Assembly: GCA_003139355.1 (NCBI GenBank)
Contig: PLIM01000174.1
Location: forward strand, 1-60,915
Length of the DNA stretch: 60,915 nucleotides
Direction: 5' to 3'
DNA from: Acidimicrobiaceae bacterium
Lineage (GTDB): Bacteria; Actinomycetota; Acidimicrobiia; Acidimicrobiales; Bog-793
Shown in pieces: positions 1 through 8,763 of this stretch. The number at the start of each line of letters is the position of its first letter. The first letter of the stretch is position 1. The position numbers and the translations under genes are program-made. A model generated the notes under the pieces. That model worked only from the letters and a program-made list of their open reading frames with translations. It did no database searches and was not told where the DNA came from.

Positions 1-1
1 G

Positions 2-2209
2 CTAAGTCTTGGCTGTTTTCAACTTGGTTGATTTGTAGATGACACCGACGAATGCCGGAGTGCTCGTTTCGTGCTTGTAGTCCGCGGCGAAGCCGCCACG
101 CACACGGCTGAACCTGCCGGCGAACTTGCCGCCGAACAACTGGAAGATCGGGAACTCCTTGTTGGCCGGTGGCCTATAGCTGCCTACCAGGACAGGGACG
201 AGGGTCCCGCCGGCGTTGACCGCCCCGGCGCCGTTGCAGCACGGGGAAGCCACCTGGAACTGGCCGAAACGGGTGGGACCAGCGACCTGGGTCACGATGG
301 TGCCCCCGGACTGGTTGGTGAACGCCGATCCCTGCTGGAGGAGCCAAGTGGCCCCAGGGGCAACCGTCACCGTACCGGCGTTGGCATCCGAGCCACCCCC
401 CGACTCGTTCAGCATCCCACCGGTCACGGTAACCTTACCGGACCGGTTGTTCGTCAGCGCGATCTGCCAGTTGACTGTCCACGCCGAGCCGTGCACCTCG
501 GCCAGGATGGCGCCGTTGTTGCGCAAAGTGCCGTCGTTGATATCGGCAGCGCCTCCCCCGGTTTTGGGCCCTTGGGCGTCGAGCACGATTGTCCCGTCGT
601 TGACAACCGTCGTGCCGCCCAGCCCGAGGGTCGTGCTGTTGTAGTTCTCGCCCTGGTAGCCGTAGACCTCGCCCACGACGGTGATCGTCTGGCCTTTAGG
701 TACGGTGCCCACCAGGCTGGCGTTGCTCGAGTTCACGACGAACTTGGCCGCCCCGGCGTGGTCCACCAGTTTGGTGCCGTCCTGTAAGGCCACCGCGTTG
801 CCCGCGACCGCTCCGGCGAGCTGCGACCAGGTCCCGCCTTGGGCCGAAATGGTGCCGCGGTTGTCGATAGTCCCCGAGTTGGTGAACACGCCGTTGGGCA
901 GGGCTCCGGGCAGCACGTCCAGGGACGCACCCGGTGCCACTGTCAAAGCGCCGTGATTGGAAACAGAGTTGACCTGCAGAAGGCCGGACTGGTCCGTAAC
1001 AGTCCCTCCGACCTTGTTGATCAAGGCGACCTGTTGCCACTCGACGGGCCACGACGAGTGGGTGACCTTGGCCACGATGTTGCCGTTGTTGTCGATAGTG
1101 CCATCGCTTAGCACTGCCGCTCCGCCGGTGGTCTTGGTCCCTTGGGCATCGACCACGATGGTCCCGTCGTTGACAACCGTCGTGCCGCCCAGCCCGAGGG
1201 TCGTGCTGTTGTAGTTCTCGCCCTGGTAGCCGTAGACCTCGCCCACGACGGTGATCGTCTGGCCTTTAGGTACGGTGCCCACCAGGCTGGCGTTGCTCGA
1301 GTTCACGACGAACTTGGCCGCCCCGGCGTGGTCCACCAGTTTGGTGCCGTCCTGTAAGGCCACCGCGTTGCCCGCGACCGCTCCGGCGAGCTGCGACCAG
1401 GTCCCGCCCTGGGCCGAAATGGTGCCGCGGTTGTCGATAGTCCCCGAGTTGGTGAAGACCCCGGCGGCATAGCCGCTCCCGGGTGTTTGGAAGGCAAGGT
1501 CCATCGAAGCTCCGGGCGCCACCGTCCATGCGCCGTGGTTGGTGACCGAGTTGACGTCCAGGAGGCCCGACTGGTCGGTCACCGAAGCTTTGGGCTCATT
1601 GGTCAAGGCGCTGTAGAACTGTGTGTAGTCGGCCGCTTTGTTATTGGCGTCCTGGACCATCATCGTGACGGCGCCATGGTTGGTGAACGGGCCGCCACTG
1701 ACCACTGCGTCCCCCCCATAAGGAACGCCCTTGGCCTTCTCCCCGCCGTCTGTCGAGCTCAGGACCAACCGGCCATGGGCGGTGATCAGACTCGGCCTCG
1801 TCGTGCTCAGGCCCGTCGTGTTGACCTGCTCGTTGCTGTCGTTGGGGCTGCTCTGCCCGAGGACGACCAGGGTCTGCTTCCCCGGCCCGCCAGCAGCGCC
1901 GAGGGTGAGTGACGTGATGGCGGCAAACTGGTGGTTGGGGTCGGCGGTACCTATGGACCAGGGGGCGAGGGTCACGGTGTAGGTCCCCGCCACCGTTATG
2001 CAGGCGGCGACGGGACCGTCCTCACCCGGGATCCCGTTGGTCCAATCGGCGGCGTCAGACCACCCGCCGCTCACCGGGGCCCGCCAGCTGTCCGTGCACG
2101 CCGGTGCGGCCTGGTTGGCCAAGTTCGTGGAAGCCAGGGCTGACGTGGTGGGCACGAACACGGCACCCGCGGTAAGGGCACCGGTCAACAGGAAGCGGCA
2201 ACGGGTCAT
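2..2209 (-). CDS. Secreted Gly/Thr/Asn/Val-rich repeat protein (beta-helix/adhesin-like), function unknown
   Basis: Complete 735-aa ORF (stop at 2-4). The N-terminus MTRCRFLLTGALTAGAVFVPTTSALA looks like a Sec signal peptide. It has two near-identical ~190-aa internal repeats (GVFTNSGTIDNRGTISAQGGTWSQLAG...GGTTVVNDGTIV) plus degenerate copies. No catalytic motif recognised. Confidence 0.7.
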   Translation of the reverse strand: MTRCRFLLTGALTAGAVFVPTTSALASTNLANQAAPACTDSWRAPVSGGWSDAADWTNGIPGEDGPVAACITVAGTYTVTLAPWSIGTADPNHQFAAITSLTLGAAGGPGKQTLVVLGQSSPNDSNEQVNTTGLSTTRPSLITAHGRLVLSSTDGGEKAKGVPYGGDAVVSGGPFTNHGAVTMMVQDANNKAADYTQFYSALTNEPKASVTDQSGLLDVNSVTNHGAWTVAPGASMDLAFQTPGSGYAAGVFTNSGTIDNRGTISAQGGTWSQLAGAVAGNAVALQDGTKLVDHAGAAKFVVNSSNASLVGTVPKGQTITVVGEVYGYQGENYNSTTLGLGGTTVVNDGTIVVDAQGTKTTGGAAVLSDGTIDNNGNIVAKVTHSSWPVEWQQVALINKVGGTVTDQSGLLQVNSVSNHGALTVAPGASLDVLPGALPNGVFTNSGTIDNRGTISAQGGTWSQLAGAVAGNAVALQDGTKLVDHAGAAKFVVNSSNASLVGTVPKGQTITVVGEVYGYQGENYNSTTLGLGGTTVVNDGTIVLDAQGPKTGGGAADINDGTLRNNGAILAEVHGSAWTVNWQIALTNNRSGKVTVTGGMLNESGGGSDANAGTVTVAPGATWLLQQGSAFTNQSGGTIVTQVAGPTRFGQFQVASPCCNGAGAVNAGGTLVPVLVGSYRPPANKEFPIFQLFGGKFAGRFSRVRGGFAADYKHETSTPAFVGVIYKSTKLKTAKT
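561..1456. repeat. Tandem duplication, period 570 bp (190 codons), inside the repeat-protein CDS
   Basis: Direct comparison: 591-886 equals 1161-1456 (296 bp) with one mismatch (839 t vs 1409 c). The flanks 481-590 vs 1051-1160 are only loosely similar. Confidence 0.9.
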
Positions 2210-2329
2210 GCTGTCCTTTCAGGTGGGCGCTACAAAGCCTTGGGGCGCGGCCAGCGTTGCCCGAGACTAGTCCCGGCCTCAGTAGGTGGGGCATACGCTC
2301 TTTGGCGTAGGCGTCGCTTAAGCTCGCTC

Positions 2330-3400
2330 ATGGACCTGCTCAGCCACGACGACCTGGCGACCGTCCTGGAGGTCGTGACCCAGGTCAACCAGGCCCATGA
2401 CCGGGAGGAGTTCTTGCGGGCGGCGTTGGCCGGGACCGTACGCGCCGTCCCTTGTACCGTGGCCACGGTCAACGAGGTCGACCCCTCAGCGGGGCGGTAC
2501 CAGTACTGGATGGAGCCGGCGTCGTTCCCATTGCCCGAAAATGCGGACGCAATATTCGCTCGCCTCGCTCACGAGCACCCCCTCGTCAACTACAACGAGA
2601 CCACGGGGGATGGCTCAGCTAAGCGGATAAGCGATTTTTGGTCGACCGAGGAACTTCACCGGAGCCAGATTTACCAACAGATTTACCAACCGATGGGCGT
2701 GGAGTACCAGGTCGCTATAACGCTTTCCGCGCCCAGGCCGACCGTGGTGGCCCTGGCGCTAAGCCGGGGAGACGAAGATTTCTCAGGACATGACCAACTT
2801 GTGCTGGACACTCTGCGGCCCCATTTGGCCCAAGCCTGGCGCAGCGCCGGCGACCGGGAGCGCCTGCTCGCCCTACTGCAAGCGGCGGCCCGCGTCGTAG
2901 GGGAGCAGGGTTGGGGGGTGGTCCTGCTGTCCGAGCCCCCTGAAGAGGTGACCCCCGGCGCCCTGGCCGCACTAGTCCGCTATTTTGGGGCCCCGACCGG
3001 CGGAGCGGTGCTCCCGGCGCCAGTGCTCCGTTGGCTCGAGGACCTTGAGCACCAGAGCGGCCCGGCCCAGCACCTGGAGCTGAGGCGACCGCTGAGCACC
3101 ATGGTGGAGGGCAGTCGCCTGGTGGCGCGGCTTGTTGCTGTCCAGCCCGGCCATCCCGGCGCCATAGTCGTGCGCGAACGAGGGCTGGCCGGACAGCGCG
3201 AACAGTTCGAAGCGCTGGCTCTGACGCCCCGTGAGGCCGAGATCGTGGGCTTGGTCACCACCGGCGCTTCGAACGTAGCGATTGCCCGAAGTCTCGAAAT
3301 CTCGTCGGGGACGGTAAAGAAACACCTCGATAACATCTACGCCAAACTGGGGGTCAGCGGACGGGGCGCGTTGACCGCCTTCGTGCTCGACATCGTCTAG
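2330..3400 (+). CDS. LuxR/FixJ-family transcriptional regulator with large N-terminal sensor-like domain
   Basis: C-terminal HTH LTPREAEIVGLVTTGASNVAIARSLEISSGTVKKHLDNIYAKLGV. The ORF opens at 2240, but ATG 2330 (MDLLSHDDL) is preferred. It is divergent from the secreted repeat protein. The N-terminal domain type (GAF-like?) is not verified. Confidence 0.85.
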   Translation: MDLLSHDDLATVLEVVTQVNQAHDREEFLRAALAGTVRAVPCTVATVNEVDPSAGRYQYWMEPASFPLPENADAIFARLAHEHPLVNYNETTGDGSAKRISDFWSTEELHRSQIYQQIYQPMGVEYQVAITLSAPRPTVVALALSRGDEDFSGHDQLVLDTLRPHLAQAWRSAGDRERLLALLQAAARVVGEQGWGVVLLSEPPEEVTPGALAALVRYFGAPTGGAVLPAPVLRWLEDLEHQSGPAQHLELRRPLSTMVEGSRLVARLVAVQPGHPGAIVVRERGLAGQREQFEALALTPREAEIVGLVTTGASNVAIARSLEISSGTVKKHLDNIYAKLGVSGRGALTAFVLDIV

Positions 3401-3446
3401 TCGCTCGAGGAATGCCCGGGGCTGAGCGAGACCGACCGGCCCCAGG

Positions 3447-3475
3447 CATGGGGGCTCACGTCGTCAGCCCCCATG
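3447..3475 (+). terminator. Candidate hairpin terminator downstream of the LuxR-family gene
   Basis: Perfect 10-bp stem catgggggct / agcccccatg with a 9-nt loop, 47 nt after the stop. There is no T-tract. Confidence 0.3.
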
Positions 3476-3635
3476 ACCGCATAGCGGCCAGTGTTGAGGA
3501 TCACAGGGTCGAACCATTGGGCGAGCTCCGCTTGGCGCAGCCAGCTCATCGCCACCTCGAAGTCCCGGGCAGTGGCTGACGGGTGATCTCCCGAGCGGAC
3601 AGGTAGACGGGCGCCGTCAAAGGGTCGAGGCGAGC

Positions 3636-3671
3636 GTCACCGGCTTCGGCAGTGACGCCGAAGTCGGTGAC
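3636..3671. repeat. Imperfect inverted repeat (hairpin), role unknown
   Basis: Arms gtcaccggcttcggc (3636-3650) and gccgaagtcggtgac (3657-3671) are 14/15 complementary with a 6-nt spacer. It lies inside the degraded integrase-like region. Confidence 0.6.
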
Positions 3672-3722
3672 CGCCGAGACTACGCTGCCCTCGGTGAGCA
3701 TGTTGCCTGCGAAAGCGTCCAG

Positions 3723-3848
3723 GAGCCCCAGCACTTCGCTCCGGCGCAATTGGCACCAGGCCGCCAACGAGAGCGCTGCTCGGTAACGATCAGGCACCGA
3801 GTCGACGGCCCGCTGCAGCTCGTCCCGGGTTATGACCGGACGCTTTAC
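3723..3848 (-). pseudogene. Tyrosine recombinase (phage-integrase family) fragment
   Basis: Within ORF 3546..4118, the segment KRPVITRDELQRAVDSVPDRYRAALSLAAWCQLRRSEVLGL matches the start of the integrase catalytic domain (first Arg box, LRRSEVLGL). The remaining catalytic residues (H-x-x-R, Y) are not found in any frame, so it is a remnant. Confidence 0.4.
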
Positions 3849-3962
3849 GGAGGCCTGCGTGGCGCCACCTTCGACGCGGCAAGGTGACTTTGCGATCACG
3901 TCCATCCTGACCGCCGTGTTGCAGATCGTCGCCATCAGCCGGTACGTACCAGCTGCGGTGAC

Positions 3963-3990
3963 ACGGGTTCGAATCCCGTTGGGGCTGCCA
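3963..3990 (+). other. tRNA 3-prime-end fragment (T-arm, acceptor 3-prime strand, CCA), att-site-like
   Basis: acggg-ttcgaat-cccgt forms a canonical T-arm, followed by tggggct-g-cca. The complementary 5-prime acceptor strand (agcccca) and a foldable anticodon arm are absent upstream, so it is not a complete tRNA. Confidence 0.55.
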
Positions 3991-4031
3991 GAGGAACTTC
4001 CGGCAAACAGACTCCTTGGTGAGGTAGGCGG

Positions 4032-4444
4032 ATGGCGATCATCCTCCATCCATCTCTGGCCAGGGAAGCATCCACCGTGCTTGACCTGTGGCGCGAAAGC
4101 GGTGTTGAGCCGACCCACACCGATGATGTCGAGAGTATTCAGAGGTTGGTGGTCCTCGACAGGAACGCTTTGGTCGTTGCCAAGGAGAACGGCCGCCCTG
4201 TCGGGAGCGTCGTGGCCGCGTGGGATGGGTGCAAGGCTCGATCTACCGCCTGTCCGTCGCTCCGATTCATCGACGTCGTGGACTCGGCCGGCGCCTTCTA
4301 GAAGAGGGCGAACGGCGACTCCGGAACGTCGGTGCAGCCCGGCTCGGCGCGATCGTCGTGGACAACGACGACCAGACGATCGGCTTCTGGCGCAACTCGG
4401 GCTGGTATGAACGGACCCACCGCGCTCGCTTCGTCAAAGGTTGA
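4032..4444 (+). pseudogene. GNAT-family N-acetyltransferase interrupted by a frameshift near 4215-4232
   Basis: Frame A (4032..) reads ...ENGRPVGSVVAAWDG. Frame B (4220..) continues GWVQGSIYRLSVAPIHRRRGLGRRLLEEGERRL (GNAT motif A, R-x-x-G-x-G). The two halves sit in different frames. Confidence 0.6.
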
Positions 4445-4566
4445 CAGCGCGCCGGCTCGCGTCCATGGGATAACCCGATCTTGGAGTCGCGCATGCGAGG
4501 CACGGTCGGACGGCTGTCCGTGCTTGTAGGCATGCCGGCCGGAATGGGCAGTCGGCAGAGCCTGGC

Positions 4567-6159
4567 CTAGCCGCCACCTATCAGCTGCTCGGTCTTCTCA
4601 CCGGAATCTGGCTCGTGTCGCGCAGCTCGCGACGGCAGGCGAGCGAGCACGAGCACTGCGCCCCCGAGTGCGACGCCGGCGGCCACGGTCAGCGATGTCT
4701 TGCCGCCGCTCATGAACGCGGCACGCGCCGCATGGGCCAGCAGCTTCCCGGTCGTGCCGCCGACGTCGCTCGCCACGGTGAGGGCGCCGCCGAGAGAACC
4801 GATGATGGCATGAGCGGCAGTTGCCGGCACATGTCGCCCGGCGAGTGCCGTGCTCATACGATCCTGGTAGCGGGTCGAGAGGACACTTCCGATCACGGCG
4901 ACGCCGAGCGCACCGCCGACTTGGAAGGCCACTCCGTTCGAGGCCGATCCGACCCCAGCGTTGCCCCGTGGCACCGAACCCACCACAGAGTTCGTCGCAG
5001 TCGGTATCAACAGCCCGGCCCCGAGACCGATCAGCATCATTCCGGGCACCACGTCTCCGTAGGTCGTCGTGACCGTGGAGATCGCAGCGATCTGCCACAG
5101 CCCACCTGCGATCGCTACCAGACCCGCCCCAGCAGTGAGCTTGGGCCCAATCCTCCGCGCGAGCAGGGGAGACGCGGGTGCAGTCACTCCGAGCAGTGCG
5201 GCAATGGGCAGGATGCGTAGCCCCGCCTGCAGCGGTGAGTAGCCGAGGTCGAATTGAAGGAACTGAGTTTGCATGAACAACGCGCCCAACAGCCCGAACA
5301 GCGCAAGCGTCTCGCTTGCTGCTGCTATGGAGAATCGACGATCAGCGAAGAACTCAAGTCTCAGCATCGGGTGCCGACTGCGAGCCTCCCAGACGACGAA
5401 GGAGGCGAGAACAGTAAGGCTGGCCAGTCCGACTCCGACGACGATCGGCGAAGTCCAGCCCTCGGTCGGAGCTTCGATGATCGCCCAGAGCAGCAGGCCG
5501 AATCCGGCGATCGACAGCACCGCACCGCCGGGATCGGATCGATCGACGGCCGGGTTCTTCGAGTCGGGAACGATTGCCACGGCTGCGATGATGCCTGCGA
5601 TCACGATCGGGACGTTTACGAGAAAGATCGAGCCCCACCAGAATCGGGCGAGCAGCAGGCCGCCGGCAATCGGGCCGATGGCGATACCGAGGCCGCTGGT
5701 GCCCGCCCAGGCGCCGATGGCACGAGCACGTTCCGCCGGATCGCGGAAGACGTCGTTGATGATCGACAACGTCGAGGGCATCGTCAGCGCCGCACCGGCT
5801 CCCATCACGGCCCGGCATGCGATCAATACGTGCACCGAACCGGAGAAGGCGGATCCGATCGATCCGCCGGCGAAGACCGTCAGACCGAGGAGGAAGAAGC
5901 GCTTGCGTCCGAACCGGTCGGCGAGGCTGCCCCCGACGAGCAACAGCCCGGCAAGGACCATCGCGTAGGCGTCAACTATCCACTGCAGCTGGCTGGTGGT
6001 GGCGTGCAGCCTCCGAACGAGAGTCGGAAGGGCCACGTTGAGGATCGTGGTGTCGACGTTCACAATCAAGATCGAGACGCACAGCACCACCACGACGGCC
6101 CATGGGTGGGCGCGCCCCACCTCAGTCCTTGACGCGACTGGTCCCGTCAGCGAGTCCAT
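4567..6159 (-). CDS. MFS transporter, DHA2 (EmrB/QacA-like, 14-TMS type)
   Basis: 530 aa and highly hydrophobic. It carries LPTLVRRLHATTSQLQWIVDAYAMVLAGLLLVGGSLADRFGRKR, typical of DHA2 drug:H+ antiporters. Confidence 0.85.
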   Translation of the reverse strand: MDSLTGPVASRTEVGRAHPWAVVVVLCVSILIVNVDTTILNVALPTLVRRLHATTSQLQWIVDAYAMVLAGLLLVGGSLADRFGRKRFFLLGLTVFAGGSIGSAFSGSVHVLIACRAVMGAGAALTMPSTLSIINDVFRDPAERARAIGAWAGTSGLGIAIGPIAGGLLLARFWWGSIFLVNVPIVIAGIIAAVAIVPDSKNPAVDRSDPGGAVLSIAGFGLLLWAIIEAPTEGWTSPIVVGVGLASLTVLASFVVWEARSRHPMLRLEFFADRRFSIAAASETLALFGLLGALFMQTQFLQFDLGYSPLQAGLRILPIAALLGVTAPASPLLARRIGPKLTAGAGLVAIAGGLWQIAAISTVTTTYGDVVPGMMLIGLGAGLLIPTATNSVVGSVPRGNAGVGSASNGVAFQVGGALGVAVIGSVLSTRYQDRMSTALAGRHVPATAAHAIIGSLGGALTVASDVGGTTGKLLAHAARAAFMSGGKTSLTVAAGVALGGAVLVLARLPSRAARHEPDSGEKTEQLIGGG

Positions 6160-6161
6160 GG

Positions 6162-6174
6162 GTTCAACTTGAAC
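6162..6174. promoter_or_regulatory. 6-1-6 palindrome GTTCAA-C-TTGAAC abutting the MFS start codon
   Basis: Perfect inverted repeat 3-15 nt upstream of the minus-strand ATG at 6159, in the divergent region shared with the GMC oxidoreductase gene. An operator role is speculative. Confidence 0.2.
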
Positions 6175-6298
6175 TGCAAGCCGCCGGCGAGCCAGAGGCG
6201 AAGGACACGTTGTCGCGTCTGAGCGAAGAAGCGACGTGCTACCTACGAATGCCCGCCATGGGCTCGAGGCGCCGGCCGGGCTCAGCCAGGAGCGGGCG

Positions 6299-8062
6299 AT
6301 GGTGATCCTCGGACAACTTGTCGGGCGCCCACGCCCATTGCCAGCGGCCCTACCTCCTATTATCGCCAGAGTGGACTACGAGGACTATGACGTCGTCGTC
6401 GTCGGCAGCGGCTTCGGGGGCAGCACGGCGGCCCTGCGTCTGACCGAGAAGGGGTATCGGGTCGCGGTCCTCGAGTCGGGGCGCCGCTTCGATGAGGCGA
6501 CGTTTCCAAAGACGTCGTGGCGGCTGCGCTCGTTCTTCTGGGCACCCAAGCTCGGCCTCCTCGGCATCCAGCGAATATCGCTGCTGAGAAACGCAACGGT
6601 GCTCTCCGGCGCAGGTGTGGGTGGAGGCTCCTTGGTCTACGGCAACACGCTCTACGGGCCCTTCGCGTCGTTCTTCACGGACTCTCGGTGGAGCCACATC
6701 ACCGACTGGCGCGCCGAGTTGACACCGTTCTACGACCAAGCAAGGCGCATGCTTGGCGTCGTTGCGAATCCGACCATGACGGCGGCTGATGACGTGATGC
6801 GGGCGGTCGCCGAAGAAATGGGAGTGGCCGCAACGTTTGTTCCCACGCCGGTTGGCGTGTTCTTCGGCGAACCTGGGGTTGAAGTTCGCGACCCGTTCTT
6901 CGGCGGTGCCGGCCCAGCCCGCAAGGGCTGCATCCAGTGCGGCGAATGCATGACCGGCTGTCGCCATGGTGCCAAGAACACGCTGCTCAAGAACTACCTG
7001 TATCTCGCCGAGCGAGGAGGCGCCGAGGTGCACCCGCTCACAACCGTCACCGGCATCCGGCCTCGGGCCGACGGTCGATACGAGGTCACGACCGAACGCA
7101 CTGGTACGTGGGTGCACAAGCGCCAGAGAAGCTTCGGCGCTTCCGACGTCGTGCTGGCCGCAGGAACGCTGGGCACCCAGAGGCTGCTGCACTCCATGCG
7201 CGACTCAGGCAACCTTCCCAACCTCTCGCCGAGGCTCGGTGTGCTCACCCGTTCGAATTCGGAGGCAATCGTCGGGGCGCGCACGTTCCGGGGCAATGTC
7301 GACTTCACCCGAGGCGTCGCCATCACGTCGTCGTTCTACCCGGACGATCAAACCCACATTGAACCGGTGCGCTACGGCCGAGGCTGCAACGCCATGGGCC
7401 TGCTGACTACGGCGCTTGCCGATGGCGACGGCCGATCCCGACTGCTGACCTGGGCACTCGAAGTTCTGCGCCATCCGGTGATGATGGTTCGCAACCTCAG
7501 CATGCACCGGTGGTCAGAGCAGACCATCGCGGCCCTCGTCATGCAATCGCGCGACAACTCCATGACCTGTTACACCACAGCAGGCGTGTTTCGTCGACGG
7601 CTGACATCCAAACAGGGACACGGCGAGCCAAACCCGACGTGGATCCCGATCGGCCACGACGCAGTGCGACGCATTGCCAAGCGCATCGGTGGCTTTCCCG
7701 CCAGAGGCTGGAACGACGTCTTCAACGTTCCGATGACGGCTCATCTCCTCGGCGGTGCTGTCATCGGCGACTCCCCCGAGACCGGAGTGATCGACCCGTA
7801 CCACCGGGTCTACGGCCACCCCGGTCTTCACATCGTCGACGGTGCCGCGGTCTCTGCCAATCTCGGGGTCAATCCGGCACTCACGATCACTGCGCAAGCC
7901 GAACGGGCAATGGCGCTGTGGCCAAACCGGGGCGAACCGGACCAACGAGCCCCGCTCGGCGAGCCGTACCGGCGGCTCGACCCGATCGCGCCCCGCCACC
8001 CCATCGTCCCTGCCGGGGCGCCCGCTGAGCTACGGCTGAGGCCGGCTCGGCCGAGCATGTGA
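6299..8062 (+). CDS. GMC-family FAD oxidoreductase (cholesterol-oxidase-like)
   Basis: FAD fold DYDVVVVGSGFGGSTAALRLTEKGYRVAVLESG and C-terminal HLLGGAVIG...DGAAVSANLGVNPALTITAQAERA. The ORF opens at GTG 6236, but ATG 6299 is preferred. Confidence 0.85.
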   Translation: MVILGQLVGRPRPLPAALPPIIARVDYEDYDVVVVGSGFGGSTAALRLTEKGYRVAVLESGRRFDEATFPKTSWRLRSFFWAPKLGLLGIQRISLLRNATVLSGAGVGGGSLVYGNTLYGPFASFFTDSRWSHITDWRAELTPFYDQARRMLGVVANPTMTAADDVMRAVAEEMGVAATFVPTPVGVFFGEPGVEVRDPFFGGAGPARKGCIQCGECMTGCRHGAKNTLLKNYLYLAERGGAEVHPLTTVTGIRPRADGRYEVTTERTGTWVHKRQRSFGASDVVLAAGTLGTQRLLHSMRDSGNLPNLSPRLGVLTRSNSEAIVGARTFRGNVDFTRGVAITSSFYPDDQTHIEPVRYGRGCNAMGLLTTALADGDGRSRLLTWALEVLRHPVMMVRNLSMHRWSEQTIAALVMQSRDNSMTCYTTAGVFRRRLTSKQGHGEPNPTWIPIGHDAVRRIAKRIGGFPARGWNDVFNVPMTAHLLGGAVIGDSPETGVIDPYHRVYGHPGLHIVDGAAVSANLGVNPALTITAQAERAMALWPNRGEPDQRAPLGEPYRRLDPIAPRHPIVPAGAPAELRLRPARPSM

Positions 8063-8268
8063 AGGCACGCCTGCACGCACTTGTTCACGAGATGCTGCTG
8101 GAAGGCCCCGGAGTTTCTGGGACCCGGCGGGCCATTGACGCGACGACGACACGCACTGGCATTCCTACCGGTCCCTAACCGGCGTTTCGCTGTCCTTTCC
8201 CGCTGCCCCGTCGTCTCCCCACCGAGCGCCCTGTGGAGCTTCCAGCTCGTTCATGGGACGCTTGCCTC

Positions 8269-8631
8269 GTGGAGGTCGCACGCGTCGACAGGTGGCTGTG
8301 GTCGGTGCGTGCCACCCCCACGCGTGCGGCGTCGACGGCGCTGTGTCGTGCAGGCCACGTCGAGGTGAACGGAGCAGGAGCGAAGCCGTCGACGACGGTG
8401 CACCCCGGGGATATGGTCACCGCCCGCATCGGCGACCGGCAGCGTGTGCTCGAGGTGGTTCGAGCGATCGACAAGCGCGTAGGGGCGCCCATCGCCTCAG
8501 GTTGCGTCGTCGACCACAGCCCGCCGCCGACGCCTCGCGAGGCCGCGCCCAAGGTGCTGGTCCGAGAACCTTCGTCGGGGCGTCCGACGAAGAAGGATCG
8601 CCGGCAGATCGACCGGCTGCGCGGACGCTGA
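8269..8631 (+). CDS. S4-domain RNA-binding protein (Hsp15-like)
   Basis: VARVDRWLWSVRATPTRAASTALCRAGHVEVNGAGAKPSTTVHPGD is an S4 motif. The start is uncertain (8233 or GTG 8269). Confidence 0.7.
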   Translation: MEVARVDRWLWSVRATPTRAASTALCRAGHVEVNGAGAKPSTTVHPGDMVTARIGDRQRVLEVVRAIDKRVGAPIASGCVVDHSPPPTPREAAPKVLVREPSSGRPTKKDRRQIDRLRGR

Positions 8632-8763
8632 ACCTGGTACCGCATTCTCGGCGCGGACCACCAATGGCTCCAGTCGGGAGCTATGTACTTGCGATCCTCG
8701 CCCCGAACCGATCAGAACGCGGGGATGAGGGCCATCACAGAGTTCGAGGGTGGCCAAGCGCCA

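Noticed and set aside
3400-3549. A ~50-aa minus-strand ORF (MSWLRQAELAQWFDPVILNTGRYAVMG...) whose ATG overlaps the stop of the 190-aa integrase-fragment ORF (ATGA). I considered it as a toxin-antitoxin-like pair.
   Set aside because: The upstream partner is a composite of tRNA-fragment antisense and integrase debris, not a real gene. Neither piece shows a TA-family motif. The overlap is most likely coincidental in degraded sequence.
3911-3990. Possible complete tRNA gene ending in CCA at 3990.
   Set aside because: Only the T-arm and the 3-prime acceptor strand are present. No complementary 5-prime acceptor strand, D-arm or anticodon stem can be formed, so I report it only as a fragment.
6299-8062. 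Possibility that some large oxidoreductase ORF near the hyp cluster or elsewhere is a cryptic hydrogenase subunit.
   Set aside because: The only large redox enzymes are a GMC flavoprotein, Rieske-domain proteins and a Suc_Fer-like protein. None carries the paired CxxC Ni-binding motifs of [NiFe] large subunits.
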